Assembly (NCBI GenBank): GCA_945898115.1
Contig: CAMDHS010000001.1
Coordinates: forward strand, 1 to 48,195
Length of the DNA stretch: 48,195 bases
Source: Comamonas sp. lk
GTDB lineage: Bacteria; Pseudomonadota; Gammaproteobacteria; Burkholderiales; Burkholderiaceae_C
Direction: 5' to 3'
Below, piece after piece: positions 15,063 to 23,496 of this stretch; the first letter of the stretch is position 1, and each line of letters starts with the position of its first letter. The translations under genes were made by a program, and so were the position numbers. Below the pieces are notes generated by a model. That model made no database searches and was not told the origin of the DNA. It saw nothing but the letters and a program-made list of their open reading frames with translations.

Positions 15063-15974
15063 ATGTCCGCAACCCAAAAATCATTGCAAGGTCAGGTCGT
15101 TCTGGTCACTGGCGCCGCCTCTGGCATTGGCGCAGCCACAGCGCTAGAACTGCTGCAACGCGGCGCCCTGCCGGTGCTGGTGGACTGCGACGCCGAACCG
15201 TTGGCGCACATGGCCGAACGCTGTGGCCCCGGCACGATGCACCTGGTAGCCGACGTGACCGATTTAGCCGCCATGGAGCAAGTGGTGGCGCAGACTCTGA
15301 CGCGCCATGGCCATATTGACGCCGTGTTTGCCAACGCCGGTGTGGCCGCCTTTGGCCCCTTGGCGCATGTGGACCCGCAGGCCTGGAAGCGCTGCGTGGA
15401 AGTCAATGTGTTTGGCGTGTTCAACACGGTGCGCGCCGCGCTGCCAGCGCTCATGCGAGCGCGCGGCTATGTGCTGATCAACGCCTCAGTCTCGTCCTTT
15501 GCCCACCCACCGGTCATGTCGGCCTATGCGGCAAGCAAGTCGGCGGCGGAAGCCATGGGCAACTCTTGGCGCATTGAGTTGGCCGCACACGGCGTGGACG
15601 TAGGCGTGGTGCACGCCGGCTGGGTACGCACGCCGCTGGTCACCGAGGGCGCGCTGCACCCGGGCTTTGTGCGCCTGCGCGCCACCATGCCCGGCCCCAT
15701 GAACAGCGAAACCAGTCCTGAGGACGCAGCCCGCGCCATCGTGGACGGCATGGCCCGTCGCAAAAGCCGCATCTTCATCCCCGGCTGGCTGCGCCTGCTG
15801 TACGCGCTGCGCGCGCTCTTGCACCTGCCTTTTGCCGAACGCGAACTGCGCCGCGCCGCGCCAGAAATCGAAGCCATCTACATAGAAGGCCTGCAAGCCG
15901 AAGGCGCCCTGGCCTCGTCCTTCGGGCCGCGCGAGCGGGAACGGACGCTGGAGCGGGCGCGGCGGGAGGGGTGA
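15063..15974 (+). CDS. Short-chain dehydrogenase/reductase
   Basis: TGAASGIG, NAG and catalytic YAASK. Confidence 0.9.
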   Translation: MSATQKSLQGQVVLVTGAASGIGAATALELLQRGALPVLVDCDAEPLAHMAERCGPGTMHLVADVTDLAAMEQVVAQTLTRHGHIDAVFANAGVAAFGPLAHVDPQAWKRCVEVNVFGVFNTVRAALPALMRARGYVLINASVSSFAHPPVMSAYAASKSAAEAMGNSWRIELAAHGVDVGVVHAGWVRTPLVTEGALHPGFVRLRATMPGPMNSETSPEDAARAIVDGMARRKSRIFIPGWLRLLYALRALLHLPFAERELRRAAPEIEAIYIEGLQAEGALASSFGPRERERTLERARREG

Positions 15975-16245
15975 TGGTGATGGTAGGCGCGGTGGGCGCC
16001 TCACCTAAATTTTCTGCGCAACTCCATAGCCAAATTGGCAAGCAACCGTGTTATGTCCCCCCTAAAGCGGAGAGACAAGAGTGCACAACTTAAACGATGC
16101 AGACGCGGACAGCGCCAATCAGCCAGCCATACTTAGCGGCGCCGCACGTAGTAGTTTGCGGCAAAAGTTGTGCCCCGCACCCACTGCGACACGCGATGCG
16201 AATTTCCCGGCGTCTATTGCACCTCGTGCTATGAAAGATTAGACT

Positions 16246-16438
16246 GTGGGCACCCGGCGCGTTTTCAAAACCAAGACCTTTGACCCTGGGCAAGACAGGC
16301 GCTGACTTTTCGGACGGCGAATTGGGTGCCGCCAAGATCATCGCCAAAGGATTGCAGGCGGTAAGCCCCGAGAGGCTCGACGCGCTTGCGGCAGACGGAA
16401 CCATCAAGGAGATTTGCAATGGGAAAGACGAAAAGTAG
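16246..16438 (+). pseudogene. Internally deleted RelE/HigB-like toxin
   Basis: Toxin-like N-terminus RRVFKTKTFD is joined out of frame to a toxin-like C-terminus DFSDGELGAAKIIAKGLQAVSPERLDALAADGTIKEI. Overlaps the start of an XRE antitoxin. Confidence 0.65.
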
Positions 16439-16751
16439 CAGCAGTCGCATCGCGGGCGAAATGTTGGAAATGGCATTGGCCTTGCGCGGACATGGTCTGC
16501 TTTCAAAGGCGGACATGGGCCAGATCCAGGCGCTGTGCGCGCCGCCACCGGTTTACAGCGCCGAAACGGTGGTTCAAATCCGAACGGCCAAGGCAAAAAT
16601 GAGCCAGTCGGTTTTTGCAGGCTTTTTAAACGTCAGCGTGTCGGCGGTCCAGAAGTGGGAATCGCCCAAGTCTGGCAAGCACCCCAGCGGCTCGTCAGCA
16701 AAGCTGCTGCAACTGATCGAGAAAAAAGGGGTGGAGGCGGTTACCGTTTAG
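16419..16751 (+). CDS. XRE/HigA-like HTH antitoxin
   Basis: MSQSVFAGFLNVSVSAVQKWE...PSGSSAKLLQLIEKKG, a typical HTH_3 antitoxin C-terminus. Confidence 0.85.
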   Translation: MGKTKSSSSRIAGEMLEMALALRGHGLLSKADMGQIQALCAPPPVYSAETVVQIRTAKAKMSQSVFAGFLNVSVSAVQKWESPKSGKHPSGSSAKLLQLIEKKGVEAVTV

Positions 16752-16895
16752 AGAATCCAGTCGGCGGACCGCCGCCTGGGCTAATGCGCCGTGGCGCGCT
16801 GGGCAAGGGTAAAACGCGCGACCTGTTCGGCTAAACGCTCAGCGGCCTGAGTCCGCACAAAAACCTCCGAGGCCTGTGTATAAAGAGCGTATTCG

Positions 16896-17096
16896 ATGGT
16901 GACCGTGATGACCCGGGCTGGCTTTAGCAATCATTGTGACGGCGGGTCACATTACATCTTTGAGCATGCGACTGGCCTGCGACTGTCCATGTCAAAGACC
17001 CATCCTTCGGGACTACTGAAACCTTATCAAGTGAAAAGCGCCAAGGATGCAATCGAACGCACCGGCGCCATGGAGATGAATGATGTCAGCCAATAA
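16896..17096 (+). pseudogene. hicA: HicA-family toxin, probably N-terminally truncated
   Basis: GGSHYIFEH...HP...LKPYQVK HicA signature, directly upstream of hicB. Confidence 0.65.
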
Positions 17097-17341
17097 ATTG
17101 ATCTACAAAGGCTTTACCGGCTCGGTGGATGCCAGCCTGGAAGACGAGTGCCTTGTTGGCAAAGTGCTGTTTATCGACGACATCGTCACCCTACGAAGGT
17201 GACACGGTGCCAGCGCTCAAAGCCAATTTTCAAGCTGCGGTGGATCGCTACCTGGCCTTTTGCGAGAAGACCGGCAAAGCGGCTAACAAACCCTACATCG
17301 GAACCTTCAATGTCCGCGTGGGCTCCGATTTGCGGCGGTGA
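17083..17341 (+). pseudogene. hicB: HicB-family antitoxin, frameshifted and 3'-truncated
   Basis: MSANKLIYKGFTGSVDASLEDECLVGKVLFIDDIVT, then an extra C near 17190, then YEGDTVPALKANFQAAVDRYLAFCEKTGKAANKPYIGTFNVRV. Ends inside the RHH domain. Confidence 0.8.
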
Positions 17342-17414
17342 CAAAAGCAGCCAGCCCAAAGATCTTCGGCGGGCCAAGGAGTTGTGGGCAGAATGGAAAA
17401 GGAGGCAAACATGA
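17330..17414 (+). pseudogene. 3' remnant of an addiction-module killer (RelE-like, HI1419/COG3657 type) toxin
   Basis: CGGDKSSQPKDLRRAKELWAEWKRR* resembles that family's C-terminus. ATGA overlap with the antidote gene. Confidence 0.7.
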
Positions 17415-17740
17415 CCAAGCTAAAAGGCGCTGTGTCACATCACTCAGCAGAAATCGCTGAACTGCGCGCCGACCGGGAATTGGCCGTGGAGTATTTGAAG
17501 GCGGCCATGGAGTCGCTGGACGATCCCGACAATCGGTCTGCCGGCTTGCTTGCGCTACGCACCGTGGCCGAAGCCTATGGTGGCTTGGCTTATGTAGCGG
17601 CACAAGCCGGCATCAGCCGTGAAACGCTCTACCGAACTCTGTCTCCTACGGGTAACCCAACGCTCAAGACGCTGCTGGCGGTGCTCAAGACCGTGGGGCT
17701 GCGTCTGTCGGTGCAGCCCGAGGACCATGCGCATGCCTGA
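17411..17740 (+). CDS. Addiction module antidote protein (HI1420/COG3636-type HTH)
   Basis: ALRTVAEAYGGLAYVAAQAGISRETLYRTLSPTGNPTLKTLLAVLKTVGLRLSV. Confidence 0.85.
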   Translation: MTKLKGAVSHHSAEIAELRADRELAVEYLKAAMESLDDPDNRSAGLLALRTVAEAYGGLAYVAAQAGISRETLYRTLSPTGNPTLKTLLAVLKTVGLRLSVQPEDHAHA

Positions 17741-17814
17741 TTGAATTTCCGGGTTGACCGGTGGGCGGACGCTTGGCGCCCGTTCACGCTAATGCTCGGT
17801 GACGTAGCGCAGCT

Positions 17815-19437
17815 TCAGCTAAACACCCCGCCATATTCCTTGCGCAAATCCCCCTTTTGCACCTTGCCGGTGCCGCCCACGGGCAGGGATTCGAGGAAGA
17901 CCACGTCGTCGGGCACCCACCATTTGGCGACTTTGGTTTCCAGGAATTTCAGGATTTCTTCCTTCTCTAAGGTGGCGCCGGGTTTGCGCACGATGAAGAG
18001 CAAGGGGCGTTCGTCCCACTTGGGGTGTTTGACGCCAATGACGGCGGCCATGGCCACGCTGGGGTGGCCGACGGCGGCGCTTTCCAGGTCGATGGAGCTG
18101 ATCCATTCGCCGCCGGTTTTGATCACGTCTTTGGTGCGGTCGCGGATTTGCATGGTGCCGTCGGGGGCGATGGTGGCAATGTCGCCGGTGGGGAACCAGC
18201 CGTCAACCAGGGGCGACTTCTCGCCCTTGAAGTAGGACGAGATAATCCAGTGGCCGCGCACCATGAGTTCGCCTTGCGATGTGCCGTCGCGCGGCAGGGT
18301 GGCGCCGTCTTCGCTGACGATTTTGATCTCTACGCCAAAGGCACTGCGGCCCTGTTTGGCCAGCAAGGCCTGTTTTTGTTCTGAGGTCCAGTCTTTGGAC
18401 TGGGGCGGCAAAGTGCTCATGGTGCCGATGGCGGTGGTCTCGGTCATGCCCCAGCCGTGGCGCACGTCCACGCCGTACACGTTCATGGACTTGGCAATCA
18501 GGGCCTGCGGCATGGCCGAGCCGCCCACGCCGGTGCGGCGCATGGTGCTAAAGCGCAGGCCGTGCTGTTCCACATAGGCCAAGAGGCCTTGCCAGATGGT
18601 GGGCACGCCGGCGCTGATGGTCACGCCTTCGGACTCCATTAGCTCGTAGATCGACTGGCCGTCGAGCTTGGGGCCGGGCAAGACCAGCTTGGTGCCGCCA
18701 ATGGGCGCGGCATAGGGAATGCACCAGGCGTTGATGTGAAACATGGGCACCACAGGAAGAATCGTGTCGCTGGGCGAGAGCGACAGTAGGCCGGGCATGC
18801 AGCCCGACATGGCGTTCAGGACGATAGCGCGGTGCGAATACAGGGCGCCCTTGGGGTTGCCGGTGGTGCCCGAGGTGTAGCACAGCGCCGCACCGGTGTT
18901 CTCGTCCAACTGCGGCCAGGCAAACACATCGCTGCAAGGGGCGACCAGTGCGTCGTAGGAGAGCACATTCGCTACCCCGTCAATAGCCGGCGTGTTGGCC
19001 GCGTCGGCCAGACAAACCCAAGCACGCACGCCGGGGCAATGCGCGGCAATGCCCTTGACCAGCGGCGCAAAGGTGGCGTCGAACAAGACCACGCGGTCTT
19101 CGGCGTGGTTAATGATGTAGATGAGCTGCTGCGCCTGCAGGCGCGGGTTGCAGGTGTGCATGACCATGCCGCTGCCCGATACGGCGTAATACGCCTCCAG
19201 GTGGCGGTGGTTGTTCCAGGCAATCGTGCCTACCGCGTCGCCGCCTGTGAGGCCCAAACCGGCCAGCGCATTGGCCAGCTTGCGCGCGCCCGCCGCGCAG
19301 TCGGCGTAGGTGTAGCGAAACAGCGGACCGTGGGTCTCGCGGGACACGACTTCAACGGCGCCATATTGCGCTGCGGCGTGCTCAATCACGCTAGACAGTA
19401 ACAAGGGCAGGTTCATCATCAGACCGGGTTGGAACAT
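17815..19437 (-). CDS. Fatty acyl-CoA synthetase (AlkK/DmdB-like AMP-binding enzyme)
   Basis: [39 protein letters not shown] and TGKVQK. Confidence 0.9.
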   Translation of the reverse strand: MFQPGLMMNLPLLLSSVIEHAAAQYGAVEVVSRETHGPLFRYTYADCAAGARKLANALAGLGLTGGDAVGTIAWNNHRHLEAYYAVSGSGMVMHTCNPRLQAQQLIYIINHAEDRVVLFDATFAPLVKGIAAHCPGVRAWVCLADAANTPAIDGVANVLSYDALVAPCSDVFAWPQLDENTGAALCYTSGTTGNPKGALYSHRAIVLNAMSGCMPGLLSLSPSDTILPVVPMFHINAWCIPYAAPIGGTKLVLPGPKLDGQSIYELMESEGVTISAGVPTIWQGLLAYVEQHGLRFSTMRRTGVGGSAMPQALIAKSMNVYGVDVRHGWGMTETTAIGTMSTLPPQSKDWTSEQKQALLAKQGRSAFGVEIKIVSEDGATLPRDGTSQGELMVRGHWIISSYFKGEKSPLVDGWFPTGDIATIAPDGTMQIRDRTKDVIKTGGEWISSIDLESAAVGHPSVAMAAVIGVKHPKWDERPLLFIVRKPGATLEKEEILKFLETKVAKWWVPDDVVFLESLPVGGTGKVQKGDLRKEYGGVFS

Positions 19438-19623
19438 GGCGGGTGCTTTCAAACTTTTGTTTCCAAAAAGGACGGGGGCGTATGGCGCGAGATGCTCCAG
19501 CGCAGTGCGGGCAATTATCCGCAGTGGAATCTAAGCCCCTGAATGGCGCGACCTGAAATAGTCGCGACAGGGACACGCAGGGTTTTCGGGATTGACCCAG
19601 CGTACAGCCCAGAACGCAAGTCT

Positions 19624-19862
19624 TTACCCCCTCCTGGGCATCCGCCAAGGCTGCATCAGCGGAGTCGGCACCGACAACAGGCGCGGGGTGCTCGGGGTCT
19701 CGTGCACGGCGGATACCAGTTTGCCCAACGGGTCGGCGCGCAAGAACGCGTGCACGTAAAAAGGCGTGGCTTCCACAGCCTGGTCTACGGGTGGGGCGGC
19801 ACGGCAAAGGCGCTGGTCTGGCTGCTGGTGCTAAAGCGCCAGGTGACGCCCATGGTCTAGGC
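19624..19862 (-). pseudogene. Decayed copy of the crtC 3' end (direct repeat of 23497-23800)
   Basis: Aligns by eye with 23497-23800, e.g. ttaccc.ctcctgggcatccgccaagg, gggtctcgtgcacggcgg, gcacgtaaaaaggcgtg, aaaggcgctggtctggc. Many substitutions and an internal deletion of about 65-70 bp. Confidence 0.88.
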
Positions 19863-20141
19863 GGTCTTTGGTGGACTGCCCCAAAGCGTCCGTTGGCGCT
19901 GCGGTGAGGTTTCTTTGCTGCCCATGAAGTGCTTTTAAGGCATTGCGCCCGACGCAGTCCGCGAATGTTCGAGCGCTAGCGTCAAGCTGGGCATCAAAAA
20001 ACGTCTACAGCTCAGCTTGGGGACCAAGGGCAAGGTCATTGGCAGGAGTAAAGGCCCGCTTTATGACTTTCGATCAAAATATTCTGCATCGAAGGTCTTT
20101 AAGCCTTTCAACAAAAAGCGAAATGCCAAAACATTAGGTTG

Positions 20142-21686
20142 ATGCCGATGAACGCCAGCGCCACTGAGCAGCCCATACTTAAGGCAGACACCAAACCCCC
20201 TGTAGCTCTGGTCATTGGTAGCGGCTTTGGTGGGTTGGCGGCAGCCGTGCGCTTGTGCGCCAAAGGTTGGCATGTGCAGGTGCTGGAGAAGTTAAATGAG
20301 CCAGGCGGTCGGGCCCGCGTGTTCCATGTCGACGGCCACACCTTTGATGCTGGCCCGACGATCGTCACTGCACCCCTCTTGCTTGAAGAGCTGTGGGGTC
20401 TGGCGGGACGCCAATTGGCCGATGACGTAGTGCTGCGTTTACTGGACCCTTTTTACCGAATCCGGTTCGAAGACGGGGACCACTTCGATTACAGCGGAGA
20501 CCCCGAGCGAATGCGCGCTGAGGTCCTGCGCATCGATCCCACGGCTGGGCCGGGATACGCCGCCTTCTTGGCTGAAGCGGACCTTTGTTTGAATCTGTGC
20601 TTTGACACCTTGAGCTGCCAATCCTTTGACAGCATGGGCGATCTGTTCAAGGCTGTGCCGACTATTGTCCGCGTGAAGGGCTGGCGAAGTCTGCATGCGA
20701 TGGTCGCCACGCACATTAAGCACCCCAAATTGCGCCAAGTCTTGAGCCTGCAATCGCTTTTGATTGGGGGTAATCCGTTTTCTGTGACCTGCGTGTACTC
20801 ACTCATCAATGCGCTGGAAAGACGCTTTGGCGTGCACTGGACGATGGGCGGCACAGGGGTTTTGGTGGACGGCTTGGTAGATTTGATCCAAGGCATGGGC
20901 GGCAGTCTGCGCACGGGCGCTGAAGTTCGTCGCATCGATGTCACCGATGGGCGGGCTTGTGGCGTGACGCTTGCCACCGGAGAAACAATTCCTGCTGATA
21001 TTGTGGTCTGCAATGCCGACGCGGCTTGGACTTACAAAAACCTGATCGAGGCGAAATACCGCAAAGTGTGGACGGACGCCAAGATCGAGAGGGGCAAGTA
21101 TTCCATGGGCCTTTTTGTCTGGTACTTTGGCACCAACAAACGGTTTGACGACGTCCCGCATCACATGATGCTGCTATGCGCACGCTATGAAGCGCTGTTG
21201 AAAGACATCTTCAAAAACCACCGTCTGTCTAAAGATTTCAGCCTTTACTTGCATCGCCCGACCGCCACCGATCCGGCCATGGCGCCGCAGGGCTGCGATA
21301 CCTTTTATGTTCTGGCACTCGTCCCCAACCTGCAAAGCGGTACAGACTGGGCTAGCCATGCAGAGCCTTACCGCGCCGCCATTGCTAAAGCGCTGGAGGC
21401 AACTGTTCTCCCCAATTTAAGCGCGCACCTGACGGTTTCGATGATGACGACCCCGCAAGACTTTCAAGACAACTTGTTATCGTACAAAGGCGCGGCCTTT
21501 GGGCTCGAACCGCTGATGATGCAAAGCACTTGGTTTCGACCGCACAACCGGAGCGAAGACATTAAAAACCTGTTCATGGTGGGTGCCAACACCCACCCAG
21601 GCGCAGGCATACCGGGAGTGCTAATGTCCGCAAAAGCCCTAGATACGGTGCTACCAGATGCGGCTACATTTAAGCGATCGATGTGA
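20142..21686 (+). CDS. crtI: Phytoene desaturase (copy 2)
   Basis: VIGSGFGGLAAAVRL, FDAGPTIVT, LLIGGNPFSVT, FRPHNRSED and THPGAGIPGV. Colinear with copy 1. Start could be 20142 or 20148. Confidence 0.92.
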   Translation: MPMNASATEQPILKADTKPPVALVIGSGFGGLAAAVRLCAKGWHVQVLEKLNEPGGRARVFHVDGHTFDAGPTIVTAPLLLEELWGLAGRQLADDVVLRLLDPFYRIRFEDGDHFDYSGDPERMRAEVLRIDPTAGPGYAAFLAEADLCLNLCFDTLSCQSFDSMGDLFKAVPTIVRVKGWRSLHAMVATHIKHPKLRQVLSLQSLLIGGNPFSVTCVYSLINALERRFGVHWTMGGTGVLVDGLVDLIQGMGGSLRTGAEVRRIDVTDGRACGVTLATGETIPADIVVCNADAAWTYKNLIEAKYRKVWTDAKIERGKYSMGLFVWYFGTNKRFDDVPHHMMLLCARYEALLKDIFKNHRLSKDFSLYLHRPTATDPAMAPQGCDTFYVLALVPNLQSGTDWASHAEPYRAAIAKALEATVLPNLSAHLTVSMMTTPQDFQDNLLSYKGAAFGLEPLMMQSTWFRPHNRSEDIKNLFMVGANTHPGAGIPGVLMSAKALDTVLPDAATFKRSM

Positions 21687-22465
21687 TGCACACCAGCCAG
21701 CTTTTGTGGGTACAAACACTTGCCGTTGCGCAACGGCTGTTGCTGGAGCAATGGCGGCAAAAGCGCGGCCTGATTTTTTGGGCCGTGTTTCCATCGACGA
21801 TGATGCTGCTGTTCGGTTTGGTCTATGCGCACAACGACAGCATGCGCGCCGGCTTGGATGCCGCAGCGGCTGGCATTTTGGTAGGCGCCGCGCTTTTTTT
21901 TAGCTGCCTGGGCGGCACCGTCGCGGTGATCGCTGCCGAACGCGAACGCGGCACTCTACCCCGTTTACTAACCACACCCCTGCACCCCGCAGCGTACTTT
22001 TTGGGCGTTGTCATTGCACAGTTGTTGTTGGCCTTAGTGCAAGTGGTCATGCTTTACAGCATTGCCATGGTCATTGGCGCTCGATACCATGGCAGTCTTT
22101 TACTGGGTGGATTGATTTTGCTGCTGACCGTATTTTCCTACGTGGGTATGGGATTTTTTCTGGGAGCACGTTTTGCGCGGCGCAGCGAAGAAGTGGTGGT
22201 GGCTTTGTCTGCAATTGGTGTGCCCTTGTTGGTATTGGGCGGAACGTTTTTCCCACTCGAAATCATGCCCCAAGGTATGCAAACTGTGGCCCAAATCAAC
22301 CCCATGTTGCACATGAATCAGGCATTCAAAGGGGTAGCAGCCTATGGCAAAGGCTTCAATGAACTGCGTTTTGAATTAACCTTTCTATTTGTGTTTTGTG
22401 GCCTCTCTCTGGCTTTAGGCATTCAGTCCTATCAGCATCTGCTGGGTACGGAAAAATCCAAATGA
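21686..22465 (+). CDS. ABC-2 type exporter permease
   Basis: About 6 TM helices, ERERGTL..LLTTP and GTFFPLEIMP...INPM. TGATG overlap with crtI copy 2. Confidence 0.9.
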   Translation: MHTSQLLWVQTLAVAQRLLLEQWRQKRGLIFWAVFPSTMMLLFGLVYAHNDSMRAGLDAAAAGILVGAALFFSCLGGTVAVIAAERERGTLPRLLTTPLHPAAYFLGVVIAQLLLALVQVVMLYSIAMVIGARYHGSLLLGGLILLLTVFSYVGMGFFLGARFARRSEEVVVALSAIGVPLLVLGGTFFPLEIMPQGMQTVAQINPMLHMNQAFKGVAAYGKGFNELRFELTFLFVFCGLSLALGIQSYQHLLGTEKSK

Positions 22466-23385
22466 CGGCAGCGCTACAACTGGATGATGTTCACAAGTGG
22501 TTTGGTAACCACCATGTCCTAGATGGTTTTAGTCTGCGGGTAGCGCAAGGTGAGCTTGTGGGTCTGCTAGGCCCCAACGGGTGTGGCAAGTCCACGGTTA
22601 TGAACATCGTTTGCAAACTACTGTCCTACGACGGTGGGCAGGTCCGCCTCATGGGTGAGCCATTGAACGAACTGAGTTATCGCGCACGCGGCCTGGTTGG
22701 CCTTTGCACGCAGCACTGTGCCTTGTACCCCGATTTACTGCCCGCTGAAAACCTGCACTTTTTTGCCCGGCTCTACGGCCTTTCAGAAAAAGAACGCAAA
22801 CAGCGGGTGGCAGAACTGATGCACAGTTTTGGGCTAGAAAACTTTGCCACCACCCGAGTGGGCCAACTTTCGGGGGGGTGGCAACAGCGGCTTCACCTGG
22901 CTGTGTCCTTGGTACACCGACCCCAGTTGCTAGTGCTTGACGAGCCCACCGCTGCTGTGGATTTGGAAGCGCGCATGGATCTTTGGCGTCTGATCGAAGA
23001 CTTGCGTGACAGCGGCACGACCATTTTGTTAACCAGCCACCATCTTGCCGAGGCCCAGCGGCTGTGCAGCCGAGTCGCGCTCATGCGCAGCGGCAAAGTC
23101 GTGGCCCAGGGTAGCGTGCCTGAATTGTTGGCCCGCATACCAGGCCAAGCGGTGGCCAAGGTGGAATCTGTAAATAACGAAGCCATCATGCAACGGGCAC
23201 TTGAACTGGGTTGGGCAGTTCGCCAACATGCGGGGCAGATGCGTCTTTTGCTTCCTCGCGACTTGGGCTTGCGCGAGATTGTTGACGCGCTAGACGGTAC
23301 ACAGGTCAGCGCAGTAAGTGTTCAACCGGTGACCCTAGAAGATGCGTATCTTGAGCTGGTCGGTGATAGTGCGTTGGCGGCCTAG
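22462..23385 (+). CDS. ABC transporter ATP-binding protein (DrrA-like)
   Basis: Walker A GPNGCGKST, LSGGWQQR, LVLDEPT and C-terminal TLEDAYLEL. ATGA overlap with the permease. Confidence 0.93.
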   Translation: MTAALQLDDVHKWFGNHHVLDGFSLRVAQGELVGLLGPNGCGKSTVMNIVCKLLSYDGGQVRLMGEPLNELSYRARGLVGLCTQHCALYPDLLPAENLHFFARLYGLSEKERKQRVAELMHSFGLENFATTRVGQLSGGWQQRLHLAVSLVHRPQLLVLDEPTAAVDLEARMDLWRLIEDLRDSGTTILLTSHHLAEAQRLCSRVALMRSGKVVAQGSVPELLARIPGQAVAKVESVNNEAIMQRALELGWAVRQHAGQMRLLLPRDLGLREIVDALDGTQVSAVSVQPVTLEDAYLELVGDSALAA

Positions 23386-23496
23386 GCCCTTCAGCGCAAT
23401 CGTGGATTCCATCATCTCTGGCTTTGCACGTTTCTAGCCTTGTAAGGCTGTGACGATTTCCCCGTAGCGCATCCCTAGGCGCGCCTGCCCACTCCC

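Noticed and set aside
16050-16090. Possible IS terminal repeat remnant (tgtcccccctaaagcggagagaca)
   Set aside because: No partner repeat or transposase visible, so it cannot be supported.
19960-20140. PpsR site upstream of crtI copy 2
   Set aside because: Only a poor match (CAT-N12-ACA at 19992-20009) was seen; not called.
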